From positions 17,052,001 to 17,116,000 of the forward strand of contig NC_058369.1 in NCBI RefSeq assembly GCF_018350175.1: a DNA stretch of 64,000 nt, given 5' to 3'. Of the stretch, positions 37,255 through 49,206 are shown piece after piece; positions within the stretch are counted from its first letter, which is position 1; every line of letters begins with the position of its first letter. The stretch comes from Felis catus (lineage: Eukaryota). The position numbers and the translations under genes were made by a program. The notes below the pieces were generated by a model, which was not told where the DNA came from, searched no databases, and saw only the letters and a program-made list of their open reading frames with translations.

Positions 37255-39108
37255 TTTTAACTGAAGTATAGTTGACATAAAATGTTGTATCAGGTTCAGA
37301 TTTACAACACAGTTGACAATTCTACACATTACACAATGCTAACTATGATAAATCTACTTCCTGTCCATGTATTATTACAATACTGACTATATTCCCTATG
37401 CTGTACTTTTCAGTCCCGTGACTTATTTGTAACTGAAACTTGTACCTTAATCCTCTTTTACTTATTTTGCCCATCCCACTAACCCCCCTTTCCCCTCTGT
37501 CAATCACCACCTTGTTTTCTGTATTTATGGGTCTATTTCTGATTTTTTGGTTTTGTTTTCAGATCCCATATAGAAGGTGTTTCTTTTTTAATTTTATTTT
37601 TTAAAATTTACATCCAAATTAGTTAGCATATAGTGCAACAATGATTTCAGGAGTAGATTCCTTAGTGCCCCTTACCCATTTAGCTCATCCCCCCTCCCAC
37701 AATTCCTCCAGTAACCCTCAGTTTGTTCTCCATATTTATGAGCCTCTTCTGTTTTGTCCCCCTCCCTGTTTTTATACTATTTTTGTTTCCCTTCCCTTAT
37801 GTTCATCTGTTTTGTCTCTTAAAGTCCTCATGTGAAGTCATATGATTTTTGTCTTTCTCTGACTGATTTCACTTAGCATAATATCCTCCAGTTCTATCCA
37901 TGTAGTTGCAAATGGCAAGATTTCATTCTTTTTGATTGCTGAGTAATACTCCATTGTATATATACACCACATTTTCTTTATCCATTCATTTATCGATGGA
38001 CATTTGGGCTCTTTCCATACTTTGGCTATTGGTGATAGTGCTGCTATAAACATGGGGGTGCACGTGTCCCTTCGAAACAGCACACCTATATCCCATGGAT
38101 AAATGCCTAGTAGTGTAACTGCTGGGTCATAGGGTAGTTCTATTTTTAGTTTTTTGAGGAACCTCCATACTGTTTTCCAGAGTGGCTGCACCAGTTTGCA
38201 TTCCCACCAGCAAGGCAAGAGATCCTCTCTCTCCACATCCTCGCCAACATCTGTTGTTGCCTGAGTTGTTAATGTTAGCCATTCTGGCAAGTGTGAGGTG
38301 GTATCTCATTGTGGTTTTGATATGTATTTCCCTGATGATGAGTGATGTGGAGCATTTTTTCATGTGTCAGTTGGCCATCTGGATGTCTTCTTTGGAGAAG
38401 TGTCTATTCATGTCTTTTGCCCATTTCTTCACTAGATTATTTGTTTTTTGGGTGTTGAGCTTGATAAGTTCTTTATATATTTTGGATACTAACCCTTTAT
38501 CTGATATGTCATTTGCAAATATCTTTTCCCATTCCATCAGGTGCCTTTTAGTTTTGCTGATTGTTTCCTTTGCTGTGCAGAAGCTTTTTATTTTGATGAG
38601 GTCCCAGGAGTTCATTTTATTTCCCTAGCCTCTGGAGACGTGTTGAGTAAAAAGTTGCTGAGGCCAAGATCAAAGAGGTTTTTGCCTGCTTTCTCCTTGA
38701 GGATTTTGATGGCTTCCTGTCTTACATTTAGGTCTTTCATCCATTTTGAGTTTATTTTTACTTTTGTGTATGCTGTAAGAAAGTGGTCCAGGTTCATTCT
38801 TCTGCATGTTGCTGTCCAGTTTTCCCAGCACCACTTGCTGACAAGACTGTCTTTATTCCATTGGATATTCTTTCCTGCTTTGTCAAAGATTAGTTTGCCA
38901 TACGTTTGTGGGTTCACTTCTGGGTTCTCTATTCTGTTCCATTGATCTGAGTGTCTGTTCTCGTGCCAGTAGCCCATATAGAAGTTAAATGTTAACAGTA
39001 GTTGTCTTTCTCTGACTTATTTCCTTATTCTAATACCCTCTAGGGTCTATCCATGTTGTCATGAATGGCAAGATTTCATTCATTTTTAAGGCTGAGTAAT
39101 AATATTCC

Positions 39109-39149
<41 letters not shown>

Positions 39150-39617
39150 GCATGTGTGTGATACATACTTCTTCTTTATCCATTCATTTATCTGTGGACA
39201 TTTATGTTGCTTCCATATCTTGGCTACTATAAATAACGTTGCAGTGAACATAAGGATGCACAGATCTTTTTGAATTAGCATTTTCGTTTTCTTTGGATAA
39301 ATACCCAGTAGTGGAATTGCTGGATCATACGGTGGTTCTATTTTTAACTTTCTGAGGAAGTGCCACAGTTTTCCAGAGTGGCTGCACCAATTTACATTCC
39401 CATCAACAGTGCACGAGGGTTCATTTTCCCCACATCCTTGCTAACACTTTTTGATACTAGCTTTTCTGATTGGTGTGAGGTGGTATCTTGTTGTGGTTTT
39501 GACTCGCATTTCCCAGATGATGAGTGATACCGAGCATCTTTTCATGTGTCTGCTGGTCATCTGTATATGTTCTTTACAAAAATGTCATGTCTATTCAGGT
39601 CCTTTGTCCATTGTTAA
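37255..39617 (-). mobile_element. Older L1 3' end (L1_Carn/L1MA-like), split by a younger L1
   Basis: Terminus tttaactgaagtatagttgacata; ORF 39030..39281 resembles the L1 ORF2 C-terminus. Confidence 0.85.
37577..38972 (-). mobile_element. Younger felid-type L1, 1.4 kb, 5'-truncated, sense to SMARCC1
   Basis: ORFs 37838..38290, 38367..38615 and 38612..38977 are well-preserved L1 ORF2 pieces; TSD cccatatagaag at 37565-37576 and 38973-38984. Confidence 0.93.
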
Positions 39618-40261
39618 ATCATGTGCCCCTGATCCTGAAGAGGCTGTAAAGTCCTATACTGCCTCACTCACCTTGTGTTTATAGCCTCTCTGAGTCAGAG
39701 ATCAAGTCACAAACACATGGGGCACTTTGTTGCCTTCTGCACATTAGCTTCAGCGTCTCCTCCCTGCCAGTGGAATCTTTGATTCCCTCTCCTCTATTTC
39801 AATTTTTATAGTTCTACCTGCTCTTTAAAACCTACTTCAAATGTCGCCTTCTGATTAACACTTTTCTAACTATTTTCCTGCTGGCAGTTAAATCTCCTAC
39901 AAAATTCCTTAGTATTCTATAGTTTTCTTCTGGCACAAATATAGGACCCAACCCTATAATTCAGTATCTGTAAAAACCACAATTTTGTATTCATTTCCCC
40001 AACTGTGCCTAAAAGGGATGTAAAAGAAGAGGCTAGGGAGTGGATAAATCTTCCTCGAATGAATAAGTGAAAAATGTCCTATGTTATGCTTTGTGAAAAT
40101 TATACCTTATACCAGCAAAATCCAAATGGCTGACACAATCATCTGTAGTTCCCTGAGAGGGATCAAAGACAAAAGACAAAATAAACCCAAACCGTTATGC
40201 TACGAAAGGCATGCTCTCTCTGTGTCTTTTCTGTTGTAGAAGAATTCAAACAGACTTTCAC

Positions 40262-40317
40262 CTTTTCAGGCTGCTGAACATCGGTATCTGTTTCCATTTT
40301 TTCCTCCTCAGCCCCTT
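40262..40317 (-). CDS. SMARCC1: SMARCC1 coding exon (~exon 22), 56 nt, (E)GAEEEKMETDTDVQQPEK
   Basis: Acceptor TTCTTTTGTTCGTAG|AA, donor AAG|GTGAAA; phase 1 to 0; resembles the BAF155 acidic linker. Confidence 0.92.
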
Positions 40318-40429
40318 CTACGAACAAAAGAATAAGAACAAGTAACACAATATGGAAAAAAGGTAAAAGCTTTCACACAGCTGTATCTGAAATACAACTA
40401 TGCGCAATAATGAGTCTCACAACTGTAAA

Positions 40430-40745
40430 GCTCACAGAAGTCCAGCATAAAACACAAACTTCATGATTGTATTAATTTAAAGTTCAAAAACAGATGAAAG
40501 TAATAGTGTTAGAAATCAGGACAGCAGTTAACCAAGGAAGGGGTGGGCAAGCAAAAGTGGGATAAAGGAGGGGCCTGAGGTGCTGGTAATGATTTGTTTC
40601 CTGATCCTGGGGCTCTTTACATGAATGTGTTTAATTTGTGAAAATGCATGGAGCTGTCCAATGAGGGCTTTTATTTTCTGTAGGTATAAAAATAAAAACC
40701 TCAAAAACATTTCAAGTAAAAAAGAGCAAAAAAAAAAAAAAAAAG
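40430..40745 (+). mobile_element. Ancient L1ME-like 3' end
   Basis: tgttagaaatcaggacagcagttaacc and ggtgctggtaatg motifs. Confidence 0.6.
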
Positions 40746-40797
40746 CCCCAAATAATTTATTTAACCAATGCTTAATGAGTGTGTGCATGTGTGTATC

Positions 40798-41007
40798 TTT
40801 TTAATTTTTTTTTAAACATTTATTTTTGAGACAGAGAGAGACAGAGCATGAACGGGAGAGGGAGAGAGAGTGACAGAGAATCTGAAACAGGCGCTAGGCC
40901 CTGAGCTGTCAGCGCAGAGCCTGACGTGGGGCTCGAACTCACGGACCGCGAGATCATGACCTGAGCTGAAGTCGGTCGCTTAACCGACTGAGCCACCCAG
41001 GAACCCC
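40798..41007 (-). mobile_element. Can-SINE
   Basis: Reverse SINE. Confidence 0.93.
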
Positions 41008-41034
41008 TATATATCTTTTTTTTCCTGTATTATC

Positions 41035-41222
41035 TTTTTTTATGTTTATTTATTTTGAGAGAAGACAGAGACAGCATAAGTGGGGGAGGGGCAGAGAGAG
41101 AGGAGCCTAAGCAGGCTCTGAGCAGAGACTGACTCGGGGCTCAAACTCATGAAACTGTGAGATTAGGACCTGAGCCAAAACCAAGAGTCAGATGCTTAAC
41201 CGACTGAGCCACCCGGGCGCCC
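41035..41222 (-). mobile_element. Can-SINE
   Basis: Reverse SINE. Confidence 0.9.
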
Positions 41223-41420
41223 TGTGGGTATATATTTTGAGTCAAGCACTGGAGAAATACTGCAGAGCTAGATATTCACTGAGCATCCAGAGCATCACAT
41301 ACTGGCCAGAGAAGACACAAACCAACAAGTCTACCACATACATGCATGCATGAGACCCTGTGAGAAGCACAGAAGGCACAACCATTTCAATCAGGGAAGG
41401 ATAGATGGTTACGTGAGCAT

Positions 41421-41653
41421 TTTCTTTTTCTTTTTTCTTTTTTTTTTTTTTTTAAACGTTTATTTATTTTGGGACAGAGAGACAGAGCATGAACGGGGGA
41501 GGGACAGAGAGAGAGGGAGACACAGAATCGGAAACAGGCTCCAGGCTCTGAGCCATCAGCCCAGAGCCCGACACGGGGCTCGAACTCACAGACCGCAAGA
41601 TTGTGACCTGGCTGAAGTCGGACGCTTAACCGACTGCGCCACCCAGGCGCCCC
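41421..41653 (-). mobile_element. Young SINEC_Fc-type SINE
   Basis: TSD acgtgagcatttt; CpG-rich; long T tail. Confidence 0.95.
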
Positions 41654-41935
41654 ACGTGAGCATTTTCTAGGTGGACATGGTTGACAGGGTGGGTAATACA
41701 AATATAGAGAAGGACATTTCAAGGAAAGAGACTGAAAGACTCGAGGGTGCCAGGGAAATGTCGTTGGTGATGACTTTCAAGGGGAAGGCAGATAGGAAAA
41801 ATCAGCAGGGAGATAATGCTGGTAAAAGTCGCATGAGGAAGAGCCCTTAATGTGGTACTAAGGGAGTCTTAACTATATCCTATAGGTAAGAAATTAATCA
41901 AGATTTCTAAAAAACAAAAACAGTATAATCAGAAA

Positions 41936-42059
41936 TGTGCTGACAACTCAGAGCCTGGATCCTGTTTCCGGATTCTGTATGTCCTTCTTCTCCGCCCATT
42001 CCCAGCTCTCATTCAGTCTCTCTCTCAAAAATAAATGAACATTAAAAAAAAAAAAAAAA
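41936..42059 (+). mobile_element. 5'-truncated Can-SINE
   Basis: Starts at tgtgctgacaactcagagcc; poly-A. Confidence 0.85.
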
Positions 42060-43009
42060 CCCAAAACAAAAACAAATATTTTACATATGATGAGGGTTTG
42101 CTGTGGTTTTAAATAAAAACATCTAAATAACCTACAGCTTAAATCTTTATAGTATCCTCTTATAAATGATAAGACTATTAGTATTTATCATCAATGGGAG
42201 TATTCAAATATATTTAAACAAACATATTTAAAACTACCAGTGTCAAAGTTATTGAAAAGGAAAATCCCTCTTGCTCTAAGTCTTGCAGGTGGAACCAGAC
42301 CTCACTTCCAGAATTCTGACTGACCAGGAGCTCCAGGGGATATGGTAGTTTGGGATGTCATGAATCTCACATAAGGTAGAAGACTACAACCTTCTAAAAA
42401 ATGCCAAAAGGCTACAGTACCAGAAGTGAGACCAGAGTGTGGAAGAAGTGGGGCCAGGATCTATAACTTGGATCCTGTATCTGGGATCAAGTATTTGGAA
42501 AACTGGAGGGGAAGGGTCACACCCAGACATATTTGCTTGTAGTAGCTCACTGTCAGGAAGCTGAGCCCTGGACTAGCCAACTCAAGGGCAGAGAAAAGAA
42601 GCCAGGATTCCTACACAGAGCCAGCCATAGGGTTGGCCAATGGGATCTCAAGCCAATGGCAAAAGCCCCTAGCTATGAGAAGCAACATCCTCTGCAGATA
42701 GTCTTTCCAATCCCAATTTTAGCCGTTTAGAGCAAATGCCAAGAAAGGAAACCACCAAGACTGGACCGAAATATTAATCAACAGTTTCAGCACTCAAGGA
42801 CTGCCAATAGGAGATCTGAATCCCGAACCTTGGCACAGCCATGGATGCAACAGATACGTAAAAGAGAGAATCGTAAAGATCTCTAACCAACAAAAAAATA
42901 TTAGAGATATGCAGAGATTTTTTAAAAAACCCTAAAGATCAAAAGGTTTTCTAAATGCTTTTATCCTTCAGTCCAGTCGTCTGCAGAGGCAAAAAAACAA
43001 AATGTAACA

Positions 43010-43213
43010 GGACACCTGGGTGGCTCAGTCAGTAGAGCGGGCAACTTTGGCTCAAGTCATGATCTCACGGTTCAAGAGTTCAAGATCCACGTTGAGCTTG
43101 CTGCTGTCAGCACAGAACCCACTTCAGATTCTCCATCCCTCTCTCTCTGCCCATCCCCTGCTTGTGCTTGCAAAAATAAATAAAACATTAAAAACAAAAT
43201 AAAACCAAAAAAA
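43010..43213 (+). mobile_element. Can-SINE
   Basis: SINE head, body and tail. Confidence 0.9.
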
Positions 43214-44174
43214 ATTTTTTCTAGAAATGAAGTCAGAGAAAAACAGATTAAACTGGGTGAGAAGAAAATCACAAAACTATAAAACACATCTAAAGAAATG
43301 ATCCACACAGAGACTACTGAGATGGGAAATATGAAAGCATGAAAGCTAAGCTAAACAAAATCAACAGTGGCTTTCTTCCATAATACAGCCATCAAAAATA
43401 GAGCATTATTAGAAATAAAGGGTGACAATGTAGGAGAAAAAGGTTTAATTCACTAGAAAATGATTAACTTTTTATACTGTTAAACCTAATAAAAGAGTGT
43501 CAAATGTGTAACACCAAAACTGATAGAATGGTAGGGCAGAAATGAAAATGTGCCTCACAATAGGGATTTGAACATACTTTTCTCAATTTCAAGCTCATGT
43601 GCAACATTAAAATATACTGATCACAAATTAAGTCAAAAAGCAAGTTTTAACAAATTTTGAAAAGTCAATGACACACAAGCCAAGGTTTCTCACCATAATA
43701 CAATAAAACTAGAAGTTTAAAATATACACGTAATTTCTCTGTGCTTAGAAATAGAATTTTGGAAATCAGTAAATATAGCATGAAAAGGGAAATGTAAAGT
43801 CTTCTTAAACTTACATTAGAAAAGAAAAACATGCTCAATGTTTACACATTGTGTTCTTGATAAGCAGGAAAATGGTAACAGAATATAGAAGGTACACAAA
43901 TAACAAGAAAAAAATCAAAGAAATATAAAGCAAAAATACAACAGAGATAAAACATACACAATAGAGAGAATCAATATACCCCAAACTTGGTTCTTTGAAA
44001 TAATAAAGGCAATAAATCACTGTGACACATCGGGAAAAGAGAAAGAAGTCACAAAATAATTATATTAGGACTGGAAGAAAGGTCCTAACTATTAATAAGT
44101 CAAAATGGAAGTGACAAAGTACTACGAAAACTTTAATGCCGAATAGAAAAATTAGATTAAATGAAGAAATTACT

Positions 44175-44385
44175 GGGGCACCTGGGTGGCTCTGTCAGTT
44201 AAGCGTCCAACTCTTGGTTTCAGCTCAGGTCATGATCTAACGGTTTTGTGAGTTCAAGCCCCACATCAAGCTCTGTGCTGACAGTGAGGAGCCTATCTGG
44301 AATTCTGTCTCCCTCTCTGCCCCTCCCCACTTGTGCTGGCGCGCGCTCTCGCTCTCTCTCTCTCTCAAAACAAACGAATGAATGA
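44175..44385 (+). mobile_element. Can-SINE
   Basis: SINE head and body; TSD-like aatgNaNaaatta. Confidence 0.9.
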
Positions 44386-46289
44386 ATGGACAAATTATTA
44401 GAAAGTATTTTACCAAACAGATTCAAGAAGAAAACAGAAGTCCTGAGGAGTCCCATAAAAAACAAAAAACAAAAACAAAAAAAACTGGAATAATTAAAAA
44501 ATTTAAACCAAACCACCACAGGTCCAGATGTTTTTACTGGGGGAATTCTACCAAACTTTTAGGGAAGGGAGGATTATAATGTTACTTAAACTTTTCTAGA
44601 GAAAAGAAGAGAGAATACCCCTCCCCATTCTCTGAGGCTAGTATAACCTTGATTCACAAATCAGATACAGACAACAAATAATGAATATTAGAGGCCACTA
44701 GGCGAAATCTCATTCATAATCACAATGAAAATCTCCTAAGCAAAAAATCTGAAAACAGAACATGGCAGTGTATAAAAAAGGCAATACATTATGACAAAAT
44801 AATAGGATAGTATCGGAAAAGTAATTTAAAATTTATAAATCTGTAAGTTTATAGACTTATTTGATCACACCCATTAAGTGTCTGATAAAACTCAGTATCT
44901 TTCATGATAAGCTCTTGGAAAACCAGGGATACAAAAGAAGTTCCTGAGCCCTCAAAACTGTTATCGATAATCCTAAAACGAATGTCATCCTTCCTGGAGA
45001 GATGCATACAGTATTTCCTTTGAAATCAAGAGTAGGACATGGGTAACAGTATTACTATTTCCCTTCAGTACTGCCATGGAAGTTGTAGCCCAAAGTGTCA
45101 TTTAAAAAAAAGAAGAAAAGTAGTTATGATTGCAGAGAATAAACTGTATACCTGAAAAAATCTGCAGAAAAGTTACTAGAAATAATCACAGGGTTTAGCA
45201 AGATGGTTAGCTATAAAATTAACATACAAAATCAACCACATTTCATATGTTAAAAATCAATTCCAAGTAAAGACACATGAAAAAACAAAAGCTAAATGGT
45301 ATCTTAAAAGTGGTAATCATAAAATAAAGGACTAACTTCAGTCAATTAAAATTAAAGATTTCTTTTCATTAAAAGATGCCAAAAGGAAAGAACATGTAAC
45401 CGAATGGTAGAAACACATGAAGTACAGCAACTAGATCAACAGTTCAGATTTCTAAAGGAAATCATAAAAACTATTAAAAAGTGACCAAATAACAAAAATA
45501 GCTGGGTTACAGAATGATATATGTATGCCCAGTAAATAGAAGATACTCAGATCAGTTATACAGAGATGTGTAATTTGAAACCACTATGGACTTCCAAGCC
45601 TCCAGAACAGAGACATAAATGTTGTTTATAAGGCAATTAAATAAATAAATAAAACCACAATGGAATGTCACTTTATACCTACTATTATCAGCAGAGATTA
45701 ACACTAGAAGTGTATGATCAAGTATTACTGGATGAAGTGTCAAGTGATACACTTGCTTTGGGGAAAAAACCCAGAATTTCCTAAAACCCTGTAACTCACA
45801 GATTGATCCACAACAAAAGAAGTTATACAAGAATAATCAAGGTTCAATGTTCAAAATATTCAATGCACTAACGTTCCTTTATCAAAAAATTTGCCTTATG
45901 AAAAAGCGATACCCGAATTAAACAGAGGGCTGAGTGACTCCAACTCCTTGTCTCAGTTGTGGCAACTAGTCCACCAATCACACGTCAAGGAGCAGTGGTG
46001 CCCTGTGGGGCACGTACAAGGTTGGACACGTGTCTGAGAACAAACAGGAACAAACCAAACTGCCCACCAGTAATAGAAGAATGGATGATTAAACAGGGCT
46101 GTAATCACACAACAAAATATTTTACAGCAGTGGAAATAAATGAACTGTGCCTATGTGGATGATGTAACTACATGGATATGCACTGAAAACATAATAGTAA
46201 AACAAAGTCTCAGAAGTCTAAATAAACCATGTTTTATAAAGCTGAAAAACAAACAAAATTACACCTAACATGTTAAGCGCATCTTTCAT

Positions 46290-46473
46290 CTTTTTTTTTT
46301 TTTTTTTTTTGGCAGTGAGGGGCAAGAGAGCAAGAGACAGGGAGAGAAAATCTTAAGCAGGCTCCACATCCAGGACGGAGCCCGACACGGGCTCAATCTC
46401 ACAACTGTTAGTTCATGAACTGAGTTAAAATCAAGGGTCAGACACTTAACCGACTGAGCCACCCAGGCGCCCC
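46290..46473 (-). mobile_element. Can-SINE
   Basis: Reverse SINE; TSD catcttt. Confidence 0.9.
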
Positions 46474-47558
46474 AAGAACATCTTTTCTTTGTGATACAAG
46501 TCACTTAAAAAGTAGTAGCACAAGATTCAAAATTTAGGATTCTTAGTGCTGGCGGCAGGAAGGTGAGAAGATAAGGGAGAAAGAGATGAAAATTACTGCG
46601 AATGCTCTAGTTCTTAGTTCAGATGAAATATGTAACACGCATTAAGACACATTCAAATATTAACAATGAAGAGATGTGAACAAAAACCAAACACAGGTGG
46701 GGTTAACAAAAACACAACAAAACACCCTAACTTCCTAAGTTACTATTAATTGTGCACTGGGCCACCTTTGCTTAGTCAGCTTAATTACAGACTGGGTATT
46801 ATGTGGGAGAAATGCAGTATTTTTCAAAAAAGATAATCTGCTTTTAAATAACTACCCACAACCTATAGCTCCAGATTCTAAAAGATTACACACTCCCTGT
46901 GTCTACTGTAAGGCAAGTCCAACTTGGTATTAACTCTTTTAATTAGCTAGGAGTCCAAGATGAACAGTTACATAATATTAATATTTATTCACATAATGGT
47001 GGTACAGTTAAAGATACCTTCTCTAAGGGGAGAAACCTGAAGACAAGCACTCAGACCTTTAACAAGACATCTATTAAGAGTTAATTATGAGTTGTGTATT
47101 CCTCAAGATGCTATGTGGAGGAGTATGTAAAGTGGTTTCTATCCTACAAAACATTTTTTCAAGCTGCTTTCAGACATCTTGGAAAAAGAAACGCAAAACA
47201 ACAGCTTCTCTTTGGTCTGAATTCTGGTTGGAACTGTAAATGCTTAAGAGGCTGCAGTCCCTCACATATGCCATGTCATCTTGTTGATGTCTACAAACTA
47301 GATGGTTGGAAATCTTTCCCTACAAATGTGTGGTATGACCCATGTCTGCAAAGATAAATGAAGAGGATACTAGAATGAATAAAATAAAAATCCCAACTTA
47401 AGCAAGTAGACACCTAACATAAACCAGTGGACCATGCGCCCAACATAAAAAGGAGGAAAAAATAAAAACTCCTTTGACTTGTAACTGAGCTATGAGGGGA
47501 ATGCCCGGTCCGCTAGGGGAAAATAACATCATAGCTCACAATCAGACCTTATGCTAGA

Positions 47559-47886
47559 GCAAGGGCTCTGTAAAGAGCAGACAGTAACTATGCTCAGATT
47601 TGCAGGCTGTGTAAGTCTTAGCTGCAACTATTCACTTCTGCCACAGGAGCACAAAGTCAGCCATGAAAGCAGCCTGAAGATGAATGAGCATGGTTGTGTT
47701 TCAATAAAACTTTACAGACACTGAAACGTGCATGTCATATAGTTAGTACGTGTCAAGAAATAACATTCTTCTTTTCATTTTTTCCAATCATTTAAAAATG
47801 TAAATACTACTCTTATTTATTCTGGGCTAAATAAAAACAGGTGGCAACCTGGATTTGGCCCAAGAACCAAAATTTCCTAGCCTCTG
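47559..47886 (+). mobile_element. MER58B-like hAT-Charlie element
   Basis: ctgtaaagagcagacagtaa, gcaactattcacttctgcc, gtgtttcaataaaacttta and ggatttggccc motifs. Confidence 0.7.
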
Positions 47887-47894
47887 CTCCAGAA

Positions 47895-48110
47895 GAAGAG
47901 GGTGAGTTCTGGATCCAGACTGTCTCGGTTTGAATCCTGTCTCTGAATTTACTAGCTGAAACGACCTTGGTCAAGCTACTTAGCTGACAAATGCCTCATT
48001 CTGTTTATCTACAAAAGAATAATAATAGTTCATAGTGCTATCGATTAAATTATTTCATGCAAAATGCTAATAACTGGCTCATAATAAGTACTCAACAATA
48101 TTAATATTAT
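47895..48110 (+). mobile_element. MIR
   Basis: ggtttgaatcctgtctctg...gaccttggtcaagctactta. Confidence 0.65.
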
Positions 48111-48446
48111 TAATAAATACAGTAGGCTGGACACCAGACTTATCTATTAGCATAAGCCCTTGCAGTGGCCTTTGGCACCGCCTCAGTGACAACAACAGAG
48201 GGCTGTCATTCTGACCTGAATTTCCAAAGGTCCTTCCCAATCTGGTATGTCATCTGTGACTTCCGGTTCCTGTGACTTTTTTTTTTTGGTTGTTGGAAGC
48301 TGATTTTTTTTTCCAAAATTTTATTTAAACTCTAGTTATTTAATATATAGTGTAATACTGGTTTCAGAAAAATTCAGTGATTCATCATATATAACACCCA
48401 GTGCTCATCTTAACAAGTGCCCTCCTTAATACCCATCACTCATTTA

Positions 48447-48675
48447 TTTTTTTTTTTTAATTTTTTTTTTCAACGTTTTTATTTATTTTTGGGACAGAGA
48501 GAGAGCATGAACGGGGGAGGGGCAGAGAGAGAGAGAGGGAGACACAGAATCGGAAACAGGCTCCAGGCTCCGAGCCATCAGCCCAGAGCCTGACGCGGGG
48601 CTGGAACTCACGGACCTCGAGATCGTGACCTGGCTGAAGTCGGACGCTTAACTGACTGCGCCACCCAGGCGCCCC
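48447..48675 (-). mobile_element. Young SINEC_Fc-type SINE nested in L1
   Basis: TSD cccatcactcattta. Confidence 0.95.
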
Positions 48676-48771
48676 AGCCCCATCACTCATTTAACCCATC
48701 CCCCACCAACCTCCCTCATCAATCCTCAGTTTGTTCTTCTATCATTAAGAGTCTCTTATGGTTTGCTTCCC

Positions 48772-49008
48772 TTTTTTTTTTTTTTGAGAGAAAGAGGGCA
48801 CAAGTGAGGGGCAGAGAGAGAGAGAGAAGCGGTGCTCACCCAGGGCTCATGTTTTTACCTGAAGCGGGGCTCGTGCTCACCTGATGCAGGTCTCAAGCTC
48901 ACCGGAAGCAGGGCTTGAGCTCACCCAGTATGGGACTTGAACTCACAATTTGTGAGATCATGACCTGAGCCAAAGTCAGATGCTTAACAACTGAGCCACC
49001 GAGGCACC
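48772..49008 (-). mobile_element. Can-SINE variant with internal ~21-bp tandem units
   Basis: Repeated gcggggctcgagctcacc-like units. Confidence 0.85.
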
Positions 49009-49013
49009 TCCTC

Positions 49014-49206
49014 TTTTTTTTTTTAAGTTTATTATTTTGAGAGAGAGTGCGATTAGCGTGGGGGCAGAGAGAGAGAACATCCCAAGCTGACTCCTCATTG
49101 TCAGCGTGGAGCCCAATGTGGGGCCCCAACTCACAGGCCTCAAGATCATGACCTGAGCAGAAATCAAGAGTCAGACGCTTAACGAACTGAGCCACCCAGG
49201 TGCCCC
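49014..49206 (-). mobile_element. Can-SINE
   Basis: Reverse SINE. Confidence 0.9.

Larger units (their letters stand above)
43230..46680 (+). mobile_element. Highly decayed old L1M body (ORF2 to 3' end remnants), interrupted by SINEs
   Basis: A-rich; motifs ttggttctttgaaa, tctgaggctagtataaccttgat, tttagcaagatggttagctataaaattaacatacaaaatcaa. Confidence 0.65.

Noticed and set aside
37838..38977. L1 ORF2-like ORFs as an active element or domesticated gene
   Set aside because: 5'-truncated and frameshifted; lacks promoter, ORF1 and the EN/RT core
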